From Candidatus Thorarchaeota archaeon (GTDB lineage Archaea > Asgardarchaeota > Thorarchaeia > Thorarchaeales > Thorarchaeaceae), in the NCBI GenBank assembly GCA_029858305.1, contig JAOUFI010000001.1, positions 179,031 through 243,030 on the forward strand: DNA of 64,000 bases. The letters are read 5' to 3'. The notes beneath the pieces were generated by a model, which saw nothing but the letters and a program-made list of their open reading frames with translations, ran no database searches and was not told the origin of the DNA. The position numbers and the translations under genes are program-made. Shown piece by piece: positions 28,323 through 38,398 of the stretch; position 1 is the stretch's first letter, and each line of letters begins with the position of its first letter.

Positions 28323-29099
28323 ATGGACATACCAGTGAACTCTTGGTTCAATGCAATTTCCCTTCGGCATTCACAGAGAAAATACTCTGGAGAAAAACCA
28401 GATGAAAATGTGGTGAATAGGCTTGATACTGCATGCAGTAGTTTTCATCCTTTCGCTGGTGCAAGAGCCGTGCTTGTGAGAGAACCTGGCGATGATGTGT
28501 TCAAGGGAATCGTTGGTTCATATTTCAAAGTATCAGATGCGCCATATTACATGGCATTCATTGGCGATATGACAACACCTAATGTACAAGAGGTAGCAGG
28601 ATACATAGGCGAAGGAGTCATCCTCGAGGCGACGGCTCTGGGGCTTAATACATGCTGGGTTGGAGGTTTCATTAACCGTGATGCTGTATTGAAACAAATC
28701 GATATGCAAGACAATGAGCGAGTTCTAGCTATCACACCTATTGGCTACTCGAAGGCTGATTCTGACCGAGTGGGTTTATCCAGCAAGAATCATAAACGAA
28801 AGGATTTGAATAAGCTTATCGTGAATGGAGACCTAGAGGAGAGTAGTTGGAGTAGAACTGCCCTTGAGGCTGCTAGGTTAGCACCTTCAGCAGCCAATAG
28901 ACAACCATGGAGATTCGCAATCAAGGAGGACTCAATTGTTGTTTCGGTTATAAGCAAAAGACGAGAATTTGGTGTTTCAAGAAGGCTTGATTGTGGTATT
29001 GCCATGCTTCACCTTGAGTTGGGTGCACTTTCAACGGGTGCCAGCGGGATGTGGAAGTTCCTTGAGCCTCCCAATGTTGCATCATACAGAACTAACTAA
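28323..29099 (+). CDS. Nitroreductase family protein (tandem domain)
   Basis: RHSQRKY, GLNTCWVGG, ARLAPSAANRQPW, DCGIAMLH. Confidence 0.9.
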   Translation: MDIPVNSWFNAISLRHSQRKYSGEKPDENVVNRLDTACSSFHPFAGARAVLVREPGDDVFKGIVGSYFKVSDAPYYMAFIGDMTTPNVQEVAGYIGEGVILEATALGLNTCWVGGFINRDAVLKQIDMQDNERVLAITPIGYSKADSDRVGLSSKNHKRKDLNKLIVNGDLEESSWSRTALEAARLAPSAANRQPWRFAIKEDSIVVSVISKRREFGVSRRLDCGIAMLHLELGALSTGASGMWKFLEPPNVASYRTN

Positions 29100-29144
29100 A
29101 TCGCAGAACTAGCTTTGGAAATTCACTTCTAAGGGACATGATTT

Positions 29145-29606
29145 CTAGTTCTCTTTGAGGAAGACTATACTCACAGTTCCTTCTATCGAACCAAGGGGTG
29201 TGCTTGTTACATCATTGCCTAGTTCGTCAACTACATACCACTTAGAATCTTGATCTTTGTCTTTGAATGGCCATGTCTTATGCAGGACTTCTTTTAGAGG
29301 AGTAGTCTCATTCCCACGAATGAAATAGTCCTTGCTCGAATCTGCACTTTTCACAGTACGAACAATTTCACCACTATAGCCTATTGACCATCGGGCATAC
29401 CTTGGTATCTTTGAAACAAGATAGGCTGTAGATATAGTAAATGTAATAATAGAGAGCCAAAACACCCACGTATACTGAGTGTAGGAAATAACGATGATTC
29501 CGTATGGAGAAATATAGCCAAACTGTACAAGAAGTAGAAATAAACTGCAGAGAATCCAAATAGACAATGCCAGAGGATCAACCTTCCATTTTTCCATGAA
29601 GCTCAC
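29145..29606 (-). CDS. Two-TM membrane protein with soluble C-terminal domain
   Basis: Two hydrophobic helices then about 80-aa alpha/beta domain. Confidence 0.7.
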   Translation of the reverse strand: MSFMEKWKVDPLALSIWILCSLFLLLVQFGYISPYGIIVISYTQYTWVFWLSIITFTISTAYLVSKIPRYARWSIGYSGEIVRTVKSADSSKDYFIRGNETTPLKEVLHKTWPFKDKDQDSKWYVVDELGNDVTSTPLGSIEGTVSIVFLKEN

Positions 29607-29714
29607 ATCTCCGCTAGTTGGTTCAGTGTTTAGCTCATATGAAAGGCTATAGCACTTGTTAAAATTTGAATATATGCTTCAGATTCAGTAACCACTTTTT
29701 CGGAAAGCAGTCAT

Positions 29715-31316
29715 TTAGAGAGATTTGGCAAGATATGGTCCTTTATCAGTGAAACCAAGTTCACGGTAGTATTCTTTGACACCAATTCCACTATTGACTA
29801 GAATCTGTTTGACATCAAACTCTGCACGGCCAATTTTCTCTGCGTTGCCAATCAACTTTTCACCGAGCCCAAGATGCTGCCAAGCATCCTCATCTCTCTG
29901 ACCGATATCAACAACAGGACCGTACACATGTAGTTCACGAATGATGAGGGAAGAGATGTCGATTATTTCCGGTCTGTATGCATCGATGCTTGGATATCGA
30001 AGTCGGATGAATCCAAAGAGTACATCCAAGTCAGGTTCTTCGAATGAGAGAAATATCTCCGTTCCATCAGATGCCTCATAGTCACGTCGAACAAGTTGGA
30101 TATCCTTGGGATTGACTTGTTCATCAGATCTCATCTGAAAATGACCAATCTCTCTAAATCGAATAGTGGGATTTCTCAATCCCTCTTTTTTCATTCTCTG
30201 ATGTACTAACTCTCTAAGGTTTCCTTGATTCAGACCAGCTTCTATCTGGTGAATAGGAATATCTCTCTGCATTCTCTGAATTCGTACATACTCGGGCATG
30301 TTACTGACCGCAGTAGATACTACGGAAACAACCTGTTCGTTTGTGTAAGGAGTGTACTCCCCAGCCTGCCACCACTCATACAACTTTGTGTTTTTCACAA
30401 CGATGGTAGGATATATCTTGAGCATATCTGGGCGAAATCTGGAATCTGAGAAGAGCTGGTTGAAGACCTGTATGTCATCATCAGGTGTAGCTCCTGGAAG
30501 ACCCGGCATCATATGGTAGCACACTTTGAGGCCACTATCACGTAGAAGCTTCGTAGCATTGACTGTTGCATCTACACTATGACCTCTCTGAACGTGTTCA
30601 AGTATATCATCAGAGAGCGTCTGGACACCAAGTTCCACTCTAGTTGCACCCATTTCAAGTATTTTATCGATGCTCTCTCGGGTCACCCAATCAGGGCGTG
30701 TTTCAAAGGTCAAGCCAACATTGCGAACCTCCGCGGTTTCGTTCAGTTTGATTGATTCTTGGAGAGTAGAACTGGTCATACCATTCATCGCATCAAGACA
30801 GCCTTTAACAAAGAATTTCTGATAGTCGTCAGGCTTGGAACACCAATCTCCACCCATCACTATCAGCTCAACCTTGTTTATGCTATGACCAATTGTCTTG
30901 AGTTGGTGTAGACGACTCTCTACTTGCCTATAGGGATCAAACTCGTTCTGAATGCCTCTCATTGTCGCCGGCTCATATCCAGTATAGCTCTGTGGAACAC
31001 CAAGATCAGGGCCCCCTGGGCAATAGGCGCACTTCCCATGAGGACATTCATGAGGTCGGGTCATCGCAGCTACGACTGCAACTCCTGAAACAGTACGTAC
31101 AGGACGTTTCTGGAGAAACTGACGAAGAATATCATTTTCTTCTGGAATAGTGACTTCTAAGATGTCGGCATTAGAAGGGGTTGTTTCGCAATGGTACTTC
31201 GCACATACTTTATTCTTGATTTTGTTGACCGTTCTACGACTAAGAGGCTCACTAGAGTTGAGCAGAGCCTCTACTATCTCTCTGCGAACTGTGTATTCAT
31301 CGTAAGGAGTGGTCAT
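29715..31316 (-). CDS. elp3: tRNA uridine(34) acetyltransferase Elp3
   Basis: SGVAVVA, CPHGKCAYCPGG, ETRPD, RELHVYG, WQHLGLG. Confidence 0.96.
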   Translation of the reverse strand: MTTPYDEYTVRREIVEALLNSSEPLSRRTVNKIKNKVCAKYHCETTPSNADILEVTIPEENDILRQFLQKRPVRTVSGVAVVAAMTRPHECPHGKCAYCPGGPDLGVPQSYTGYEPATMRGIQNEFDPYRQVESRLHQLKTIGHSINKVELIVMGGDWCSKPDDYQKFFVKGCLDAMNGMTSSTLQESIKLNETAEVRNVGLTFETRPDWVTRESIDKILEMGATRVELGVQTLSDDILEHVQRGHSVDATVNATKLLRDSGLKVCYHMMPGLPGATPDDDIQVFNQLFSDSRFRPDMLKIYPTIVVKNTKLYEWWQAGEYTPYTNEQVVSVVSTAVSNMPEYVRIQRMQRDIPIHQIEAGLNQGNLRELVHQRMKKEGLRNPTIRFREIGHFQMRSDEQVNPKDIQLVRRDYEASDGTEIFLSFEEPDLDVLFGFIRLRYPSIDAYRPEIIDISSLIIRELHVYGPVVDIGQRDEDAWQHLGLGEKLIGNAEKIGRAEFDVKQILVNSGIGVKEYYRELGFTDKGPYLAKSL

Positions 31317-31388
31317 GACAATAACGAGCTAACCAATTTCGAATTAATAGAATGCGGTTTGACCTTGAATTCTAAAACAGTGAGCAAT

Positions 31389-31970
31389 CTATTTCTCTGG
31401 AGGTGCAAATGAAATCAAATTATCATTACTGATATCCTGACTAGCTGTATTTTCAGTTGAATCGGGCAGCTTGCCGACAAGGACTGTTTCAAGGCCAAAC
31501 CTTCTACAGGCGTCCTCTAGTGTGGATATAGCTACTCTTGTCCAACCAGTGATATCAATCTCTCCAGGAATAGCCACTTCTCGTACCATTATGCTGAACG
31601 GTTTTACATGCTCAGCAGTGAGTATCTTTGCAACTATAGATAACACAATCTTCCTTTCTTCATTCAGAGCGTGAGCATAGGCCAGTATTAGCCTATCAAC
31701 TGCATCATGACTGCCAATGGCAGACAGCGTGACTAGACCGGTGAGCCAATTCTCATAGTCGTGAGAGTTAAGAAGTTGCTCACAATAGTCCATGAGATTT
31801 GGATCTTTTCTTCGAGCAAGTTCCAATAGAGCAGGTCTGCGAAGGAGAATGTGTACACAATCATCGTTGACCAAATCCCACAGCCGGGCACTATCGACAT
31901 CTACATACATTGGGGTGTAGTCTTCGACCTGAGATGGACTCGATAGAAGCCGAAGCTGTGGGAGGGTCAT
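31389..31970 (-). CDS. Hypothetical protein, possible HEAT-like helical repeat
   Basis: Helical pattern TLSAIGSHDAVDRLI; no firm family. Confidence 0.6.
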   Translation of the reverse strand: MTLPQLRLLSSPSQVEDYTPMYVDVDSARLWDLVNDDCVHILLRRPALLELARRKDPNLMDYCEQLLNSHDYENWLTGLVTLSAIGSHDAVDRLILAYAHALNEERKIVLSIVAKILTAEHVKPFSIMVREVAIPGEIDITGWTRVAISTLEDACRRFGLETVLVGKLPDSTENTASQDISNDNLISFAPPEK

Positions 31971-32109
31971 GAAATGCGGTATCGACCAAGGCTATTAAGG
32001 TCGTCATACATTTTTGATTGAAAGTGTATCAGTCATTCCTTGCTAGGTCAATTGGATACCTTTTTATGATGACAATTCGAAACCACAGTACTGACAAGGT
32101 GAAATATCG

Positions 32110-32271
32110 ATGCCTGGTTCACATGGTTCATTAACAAAAGCCGGAAAAGTCCGCGAGTCTACACCAAAAGTAAAGGGTCGCGAGAGGCATACACCAATTC
32201 CTCGATTGCGTAATAAGAGGAATTACAAAAGGCGATTTATTCAAGGACAGACGATTGGAGTCCGTAAGTAA
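32110..32271 (+). CDS. rps30e: 30S ribosomal protein eS30 (not in ORF track)
   Basis: MPGSHGSLTKAGKVRESTPKV...RNYKRRF; AGGTGA SD. Confidence 0.95.
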   Translation: MPGSHGSLTKAGKVRESTPKVKGRERHTPIPRLRNKRNYKRRFIQGQTIGVRK

Positions 32272-32303
32272 ATCCTGAATCTAATGAACTCCTAGATGGA
32301 GAT

Positions 32304-33125
32304 TCAAAACTTCTTCTTCGAGCCTACCTGATCTCGATAGTATTTCCCAAAATCTGAGAGTTTCTCTAGTTGTTTTCCTGTAAATACTGGTCCGTCTAAA
32401 CAGACGAGATCTCCGGTGGGATCCATCGCGCATGTACCGCAAAGACCACACCCACACTTCATGAATCGCTCTAGGGAAGCCTGAAATCCAATACCGGCTT
32501 TCATAGCTATCTTTTGTAATCCAGCCATCATCATTTCTGGACCACATGTATAGAGCGTATCGAACTGCGTAACATCCACAAGTTCAGTCACACCTTCGGT
32601 TGCTAAGCCTCGATATCCTGAACTCCCGTCATCGGTGGTTGTTATTAGTGTGAGAGCCTTGCTATTCAATTCATAGAATTCTCTATAAAATATCAGATCA
32701 TCCTTCGTCTTTGCAGCAATGAGTAGAGTGATGCCTGCACCCGCTTCAAGAAGTCTATAGACAAGAGGACGTAATGGTGCCATTCCGACTCCCCCACCAA
32801 CGACGAGGGCATTATTGCACTTTATGTCGAAGGGTTTCCCAAAAGGCCCTCTTACACCTATCCAGTCACCAGGAGCTTTAGAGATTAATGCCTGTGTGGC
32901 TTCACCTATGTTCAAGACCGTAATACCGACCCTCGAAGGTGCCCAGTTTGAAATACTCATCGGAACTTCATCGATTCCGGGAACCCATACCATTAGGAAT
33001 TGACCTGCACTGAAACTCAAAGGGTGCATCATATCAAAATAGAGTGTCCGGCATTTTTTGGATTCGGAGATGACTTCTGATATCCTGACTGAAGCAAACC
33101 GCCCCAATAGCTCATCAGTTCTCAT
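32304..33125 (-). CDS. pyrK: Dihydroorotate dehydrogenase electron transfer subunit
   Basis: GQFLMVW, RGPFG, GGGVGMAPL, CGP, CGCGLCGTC...CLDGPVF. Confidence 0.93.
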   Translation of the reverse strand: MRTDELLGRFASVRISEVISESKKCRTLYFDMMHPLSFSAGQFLMVWVPGIDEVPMSISNWAPSRVGITVLNIGEATQALISKAPGDWIGVRGPFGKPFDIKCNNALVVGGGVGMAPLRPLVYRLLEAGAGITLLIAAKTKDDLIFYREFYELNSKALTLITTTDDGSSGYRGLATEGVTELVDVTQFDTLYTCGPEMMMAGLQKIAMKAGIGFQASLERFMKCGCGLCGTCAMDPTGDLVCLDGPVFTGKQLEKLSDFGKYYRDQVGSKKKF

Positions 33126-33126
33126 G

Positions 33127-34047
33127 TTAAGATTTCACTCCCGCTCCAATAATGTCATCCACACTATTCAGACCCGACTCCTCTATGTATCGGCTCACAC
33201 CATTCTTGATCTTGGAGAAGACATCTATATCATTCATTACAGCGGTGCCAATCTGAATCGCACGCGCGCCAGCAAGATGCATTTCGACAGCATCTTCCCA
33301 TGAAGACACACCACCAACCCCGATTATAGGAATTGAGAGAGTTTTATACAAATCATAGACACACCTGACAGCTATTGGGAATATTGAGGGACCAGAGAGC
33401 CCCCCAACCATATTTCCGAGAATGGGCTGCTGCTGATGGATATCAATCCTCATTCCCCTAACTGTGTTTATAGCTACGATGGCATCTGCCCCTGCTTCCT
33501 GCGCGGCTTTACCAACTGAAACATAGTCAGATGCATTAGGAGTCAACTTTGCAAAGACAGGAACATCAGCTATTTCTTTTGCAGATTTCACATACTTGTA
33601 TGTAAGGTCAGGGCTGTGGGAGATTTGGCTAATTTCCGCATGAGGACAGGAAAGATTGAGTTCGATAGCGGACGGTTTCATCTTCACTGCCTTTTCCACA
33701 ATATGTGCAATCTCTTTCGGTGTATTGCCAAAGACGCTCATAATCACTGGAATCTTTGCTTTATTCAGCAGTTTCATCTCATCTTCAAAAGCATCTATAC
33801 CTGGATTCGTCAGTCCTATTGCATTTAACAGACCACCATGACTCGCTGTAAGTACAGGACCAGCATGACCTTTTCTGGGGCTAGAACCAAGAGATTTAGT
33901 GACGACTGCGTCTGCCCCAGCATGCACTGCTCTAATCATTGTTGATGCAGCAACGCCTAATATGCCTGAAGCAAGCCAATAGCCGTGAATTTTCAACGTT
34001 TCACCACAGATGTTGAGGATATCGTTCGGTAATAAGCTAGTTGGCAA
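33127..34047 (-). CDS. pyrD: Dihydroorotate dehydrogenase catalytic subunit (class 1B)
   Basis: NAIGLTNPG, ELNLSCPH, KLTPN, GGLSG, GVGGV. Confidence 0.95.
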   Translation of the reverse strand: MPTSLLPNDILNICGETLKIHGYWLASGILGVAASTMIRAVHAGADAVVTKSLGSSPRKGHAGPVLTASHGGLLNAIGLTNPGIDAFEDEMKLLNKAKIPVIMSVFGNTPKEIAHIVEKAVKMKPSAIELNLSCPHAEISQISHSPDLTYKYVKSAKEIADVPVFAKLTPNASDYVSVGKAAQEAGADAIVAINTVRGMRIDIHQQQPILGNMVGGLSGPSIFPIAVRCVYDLYKTLSIPIIGVGGVSSWEDAVEMHLAGARAIQIGTAVMNDIDVFSKIKNGVSRYIEESGLNSVDDIIGAGVKS

Positions 34048-34102
34048 AGCTTATCCGGTAAATAATCATTCAAGCAACAAACCTGTTAAGGATGGATTAA
34101 TC

Positions 34103-35371
34103 ATGCCAGTATATCTCACACTCTCAGCCTTTGGTGCATTTGTGCTTAATGAACAGAATGAAGTAATTGCCAGACATGTTATCTATCCTGATGAACAACT
34201 TGCTGTTTCAAACCTACTGGCAATCAGTAAGGGTGAAAAGACGGATGCAATTGAGTCGATGGCATCAGAAATCATCAAGCTAGGTACAAATGAAGTCTTT
34301 GTTGAGGATCAGATGCTTGCACGTTCTTTATCGCAGGTTGAAGGTATTATCGTGAGTGTATCTGACGATGGCACGACAAAATGGTTCAGAGAGAATTTAG
34401 GAGAATACCTCAGTCAGCTAGGCATTGTCAAGTCTCAAGAAGAAATCTCATCCTTCAGATATAATGTGGCTATTCGGCTATCAAAGGCGAAACTAAGTGC
34501 TGCAAGTGCAGAGAAGGACCTGCTTGTAAAGAATGCAATTGATGCCATAGATGAGGTGGACAAGGCAATAAACATCCTCGTGATGCGAGCTCGGGAATGG
34601 TATTCTTTTCATCATCCTACACTGAGCGAACTCATTCAAGACCAAGATCAGTTTGCGCAGATACTCAAATTCTGTTGTGGAAAGGATAAGATGACCAAAG
34701 CATGCCTAGAGAAGATTGGACTTCCAGAATCCACCATTGAACAGATATTGAAAGCAGTAATCGGCGATATTGGACCGGATATGAAAGAAGATGATCTTAC
34801 AATAATTCAAAACCTTGCACAGACTATAGATGGGCTTTATAATACTCGAAAAGAACTTGAGGCCTATGTCACCACGGTCATGGGAAAGATATCACCAAAC
34901 ATGACCGCACTGGTAGGTCCACTCATTGGTGCGCGACTAATTAGTCTTGCCGGATCGCTCAAGGAGTTAGCTAGAAAACCTTCAAGCACTATCCAAGTTT
35001 ATGGTGCTGAGAAAGCACTTTTCAGGAGTTTGAAGACAGGAGCGGATCCACCAAAACATGGAATCATATACCGTGTGACTGAAATCAATAGCGCGCCGTA
35101 TTGGCAGAGAGGGAAAATAGCAAGGGCATTAGCAGGAAAATTATCGATTGCTTCTCGTATTGATGCGTATGCAGAAAGAGATGTCGGAGATAGTCTTAGA
35201 GAGGCCTTCCTTTTCAGAGTGGAGGAAATTCGAAAACAGAATCCAGAGGCACCAGTCAAACAAGTAAAACCACCAAAGCCAGAAGAAAAGCGAAAACAAC
35301 CGCAGAGGGGGCGTGACAAGGGAAAGAAACGAGATCGAAGAAACAAAAGGGAACAAGGAGGACGAAGATAA
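34103..35371 (+). CDS. nop5: C/D box RNP protein Nop5
   Basis: REWYS, GARLISLAGSL, STIQVYGAEKALF, PKHG, RGKIARALA; basic tail. Confidence 0.95.
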   Translation: MPVYLTLSAFGAFVLNEQNEVIARHVIYPDEQLAVSNLLAISKGEKTDAIESMASEIIKLGTNEVFVEDQMLARSLSQVEGIIVSVSDDGTTKWFRENLGEYLSQLGIVKSQEEISSFRYNVAIRLSKAKLSAASAEKDLLVKNAIDAIDEVDKAINILVMRAREWYSFHHPTLSELIQDQDQFAQILKFCCGKDKMTKACLEKIGLPESTIEQILKAVIGDIGPDMKEDDLTIIQNLAQTIDGLYNTRKELEAYVTTVMGKISPNMTALVGPLIGARLISLAGSLKELARKPSSTIQVYGAEKALFRSLKTGADPPKHGIIYRVTEINSAPYWQRGKIARALAGKLSIASRIDAYAERDVGDSLREAFLFRVEEIRKQNPEAPVKQVKPPKPEEKRKQPQRGRDKGKKRDRRNKREQGGRR

Positions 35372-36069
35372 TGGCAACTGTAAATCCACACAAATTTGCT
35401 GGAGTGTATACATCGATAGATGGAGAACACAGTTCTTTATCCACGAAGTCACTGATTCCTGGAATTAGCGTCTATGGTGAGAAGTTGGTCAAGGTCGGGC
35501 TAGAAGAGTATCGGATTTGGTCGCCTCGAAGATCAAAACTTGCAGCAGCAATTAGAAAGGGTCTAACAGAGATGCCTATTCAACCAGGTTCTAAGGTTCT
35601 TTATCTTGGAGCCGCTTCAGGTACAACAGTGAGCCATTGTTCAGACATCGTAGGACAGGATGGTGTGATTTACGCTGTAGAGTTTGCACATAGAAGTGCA
35701 AGAGACTTAGTCCAACTTGCAGCAGCTAGGAGCAATGTGATTCCCATCATTGAGGACGCAAGACATCCCACACGTTATGCTCCGCTCGTATCCGGGACAA
35801 TAGAAGTAATCTATCAAGATGTGGCGCAACCTAATCAAGCTGATATTCTCATTGAGAACTTGAAGACATTCTGCTCTTTTGGAGCTTGGGGAATGATTGC
35901 CATTAAGGCAAGAAGCATTGATTCTACAACGAGTCTTGATAAGGTCTACAATAAAGAGATTTCAGAGCTTGTGAACAGAGGAGTAGAGATTGTTGACAAC
36001 ATCGATCTAGAACCACTAGAGAAAGATCATCGATTCATTGTTTGTCGTGTCACGGAGGATATGATTTGA
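35371..36069 (+). CDS. flpA: Fibrillarin rRNA 2'-O-methyltransferase
   Basis: RSKLAAAI, LYLGAASGTTVSH, DVAQPNQ, KARSID. Confidence 0.96.
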   Translation: MATVNPHKFAGVYTSIDGEHSSLSTKSLIPGISVYGEKLVKVGLEEYRIWSPRRSKLAAAIRKGLTEMPIQPGSKVLYLGAASGTTVSHCSDIVGQDGVIYAVEFAHRSARDLVQLAAARSNVIPIIEDARHPTRYAPLVSGTIEVIYQDVAQPNQADILIENLKTFCSFGAWGMIAIKARSIDSTTSLDKVYNKEISELVNRGVEIVDNIDLEPLEKDHRFIVCRVTEDMI

Positions 36070-36533
36070 GTCCATCGATAGATAAACTGATTGAACATGA
36101 AATTGACACATTAAACGAACATCTACCTGAAACAAGAATTACTCTGCAGGAACTGAGCAAGTCGGGCAAACCATTTTTTATCACACGGTCAGGAGAGAAA
36201 TCAATTTTTAGGGTAGAGGAGATTGAGTGGCTTCTAGAACAAGTACCAGATCGATTCCATGATAGCATACGACTACCAATCGTAATTCTGAGGCGGCTCG
36301 ATCACGGTCTCGGCATTTATACAGTTGCTGGAAACAAGACAGAACTCTTCATGATTCATAAAATTCTAGGATATGTTGACCTAGAATGGGAGAAATTTGC
36401 CTCGTGGAAACCCATCGAGCAGCTAGCAAGACCACAAGTGCAATTTCTTAGAAAGAAGATGCCTTCAACATCCTGTATTGGAATAGTACATGCAACACGA
36501 GAAAAATCAAAAAACGATGTGACATATGATTGA
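36066..36533 (+). CDS. DUF61/UPF0216 family protein
   Basis: LNEHLP...TLQEL...IRLPIVI; conserved position after flpA. Confidence 0.75.
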   Translation: MSPSIDKLIEHEIDTLNEHLPETRITLQELSKSGKPFFITRSGEKSIFRVEEIEWLLEQVPDRFHDSIRLPIVILRRLDHGLGIYTVAGNKTELFMIHKILGYVDLEWEKFASWKPIEQLARPQVQFLRKKMPSTSCIGIVHATREKSKNDVTYD

Positions 36534-36593
36534 AAATAGATTGTTTTCACTATTAGATAATCTGAAAAGGGTTTATCATCGAAGAGATATTGG

Positions 36594-37556
36594 TTGAAGA
36601 AATTGACCAAAGCCAGAACCGAACTAACTCAGGAGATCATTAAGCAGTTAGATGAGGCTGGGTTTAGTCTTTCAACCCAATGTGATGTGAGACCAAGCTG
36701 TTTTGATATGGTAGCTCGAAAAGAGGACCGTCTTCTACTAGTTAAAGTATTATCGAACATCGATGCCTTAACGAAGGAAGATGCAGAAGCATTACAACTG
36801 GTTGCAAACTTCTTCAGTGCTACTCCGCTGATAGTTGGCTATAAGACGAGAAAGGGAGAACTTGACGAGGGCGTTGTTTACAAGAGACACGGTGTATCAA
36901 CTATTGCACCACTAAGTTTCCAAGGTATGATAGCCGAGGAACGGATGCCCAGGGAGTTTGCACAGAGGGGTGGTAGACTTGTGGCTATCGATGGCGTCAA
37001 ACTCAGAAAGGCAAGATTAGAGCGCAGAATGACCACAGGAGATCTTGCTGATTGCGTTCAGGTTTCTGCAAGAGCTGTTCTTGCATATGAAAAGGATGAG
37101 ATGGATATCAGTATTGAAACTGCGGAACGTCTAGAAGAGGTGCTCGAAACAGACCTAATGATTCCGATTGATCTCCTCCGAGAAAAGGAAGAAAAGATGA
37201 TTATGCAGCAGGGGGCACCATTAGATTTTCTGGAACAGCGTGTGAATGAGTTCTTTGCACGACTTGGGATGAAAGTGCTCTGGACCAATCGAGCACCGTT
37301 CCATGTTGCAGCTAAGGAAACTGGCCCACCTCTGATATCTGGTGTTGGGTCAATAAAGAGCTGGAGTCTGAAAAAACGCATGGAGATACTCAAGAGTGTA
37401 TCAAAAGTTTCAGAATCCGATGCGGTCATCTTTGTAGAAGAAGGTCAAATCGAAGAAAAAGTATCAGACCTCCCAGTCATCCGCCAGCTTGAACTCGATT
37501 CCATTGAAAAGCCGCAGGAACTCAAGAAGATTATAGCGGAACGATCAAGTGAGTAG
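36594..37556 (+). CDS. Archaeal HTH transcriptional regulator (COG1395-like)
   Basis: SCFDMVAR, KVLSNID, GVVYKRHG, central XRE HTH. Confidence 0.85.
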   Translation: MKKLTKARTELTQEIIKQLDEAGFSLSTQCDVRPSCFDMVARKEDRLLLVKVLSNIDALTKEDAEALQLVANFFSATPLIVGYKTRKGELDEGVVYKRHGVSTIAPLSFQGMIAEERMPREFAQRGGRLVAIDGVKLRKARLERRMTTGDLADCVQVSARAVLAYEKDEMDISIETAERLEEVLETDLMIPIDLLREKEEKMIMQQGAPLDFLEQRVNEFFARLGMKVLWTNRAPFHVAAKETGPPLISGVGSIKSWSLKKRMEILKSVSKVSESDAVIFVEEGQIEEKVSDLPVIRQLELDSIEKPQELKKIIAERSSE

Positions 37557-37567
37557 AATGCTCGGGA

Positions 37568-38233
37568 TTAGTCGAGTCTTGTCTGCTCTGCTTCGTTTCT
37601 GATTTTTCTCACAGTATCCCAACTGTGACGAATAATAGAGGGCAGCTTCTGCTTACTTTCGATTAATCTCTTCACAAATTCGATTGTCTTTGGGTCAGAG
37701 GGGTAGCCTGAGCCAAAATCTCCAAATCTACGATGCAATCGATTAATTGCTTGATCACGCTGAACTTTAGCGATGATAGATGCAGCTGATACAATGGGAT
37801 ATTTCGAGTCAGCCTTATGTTCGGAAATTATGTTTGCACCTTTCGATGTGAGTCCACTCAACTCACCAATCCTCTCTCCGAAACGGCTAGCTTTTACGTC
37901 CGCCGCATCTAAGTAGATTTTTTGAGGATTCAGTGATGTCACAACTTCTACAAACTCCATGACTTCAATCTCATTCATGGTCATTCGTTTCCGTAGTTTA
38001 TCGATTTCAGAAGCCGCTATAGATCTAGTGACAATCCTATCGGCGATTGATTCAATCTTTGTTCCTAACTTTTCGCGGCGTTGCGGTGTAAGCAACTTGG
38101 AGTCTCGTATCCCGATGTGCTCCAGCTCCTCCAGTGTAGAAGGGGTGACAAGAACGCCACAGATTATCATAGGGCCAATTAAAGGGCCGCGTCCAGCTTC
38201 ATCTACTCCTGCAATTCCATGGAGTTTTGGCAT
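37568..38233 (-). CDS. rnhB: Ribonuclease HII
   Basis: GVDEAGRGP, DSK, SAASIIAKV, GSGYPSDP. Confidence 0.96.
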   Translation of the reverse strand: MPKLHGIAGVDEAGRGPLIGPMIICGVLVTPSTLEELEHIGIRDSKLLTPQRREKLGTKIESIADRIVTRSIAASEIDKLRKRMTMNEIEVMEFVEVVTSLNPQKIYLDAADVKASRFGERIGELSGLTSKGANIISEHKADSKYPIVSAASIIAKVQRDQAINRLHRRFGDFGSGYPSDPKTIEFVKRLIESKQKLPSIIRHSWDTVRKIRNEAEQTRLD

Positions 38234-38398
38234 AACGTACTAGACGTATTGCGGACTTATTATCATCGCGGATGTTGGCGCATTGAAATGAAACTAAATC
38301 GAAAATCAGATTTTTCGATTAAACCTGACGGTAAAAGGAGTTTTAGAGAATATTTGCTATGAATTATGGACCAAGCAGTTTCACACAATGCTCAAACA

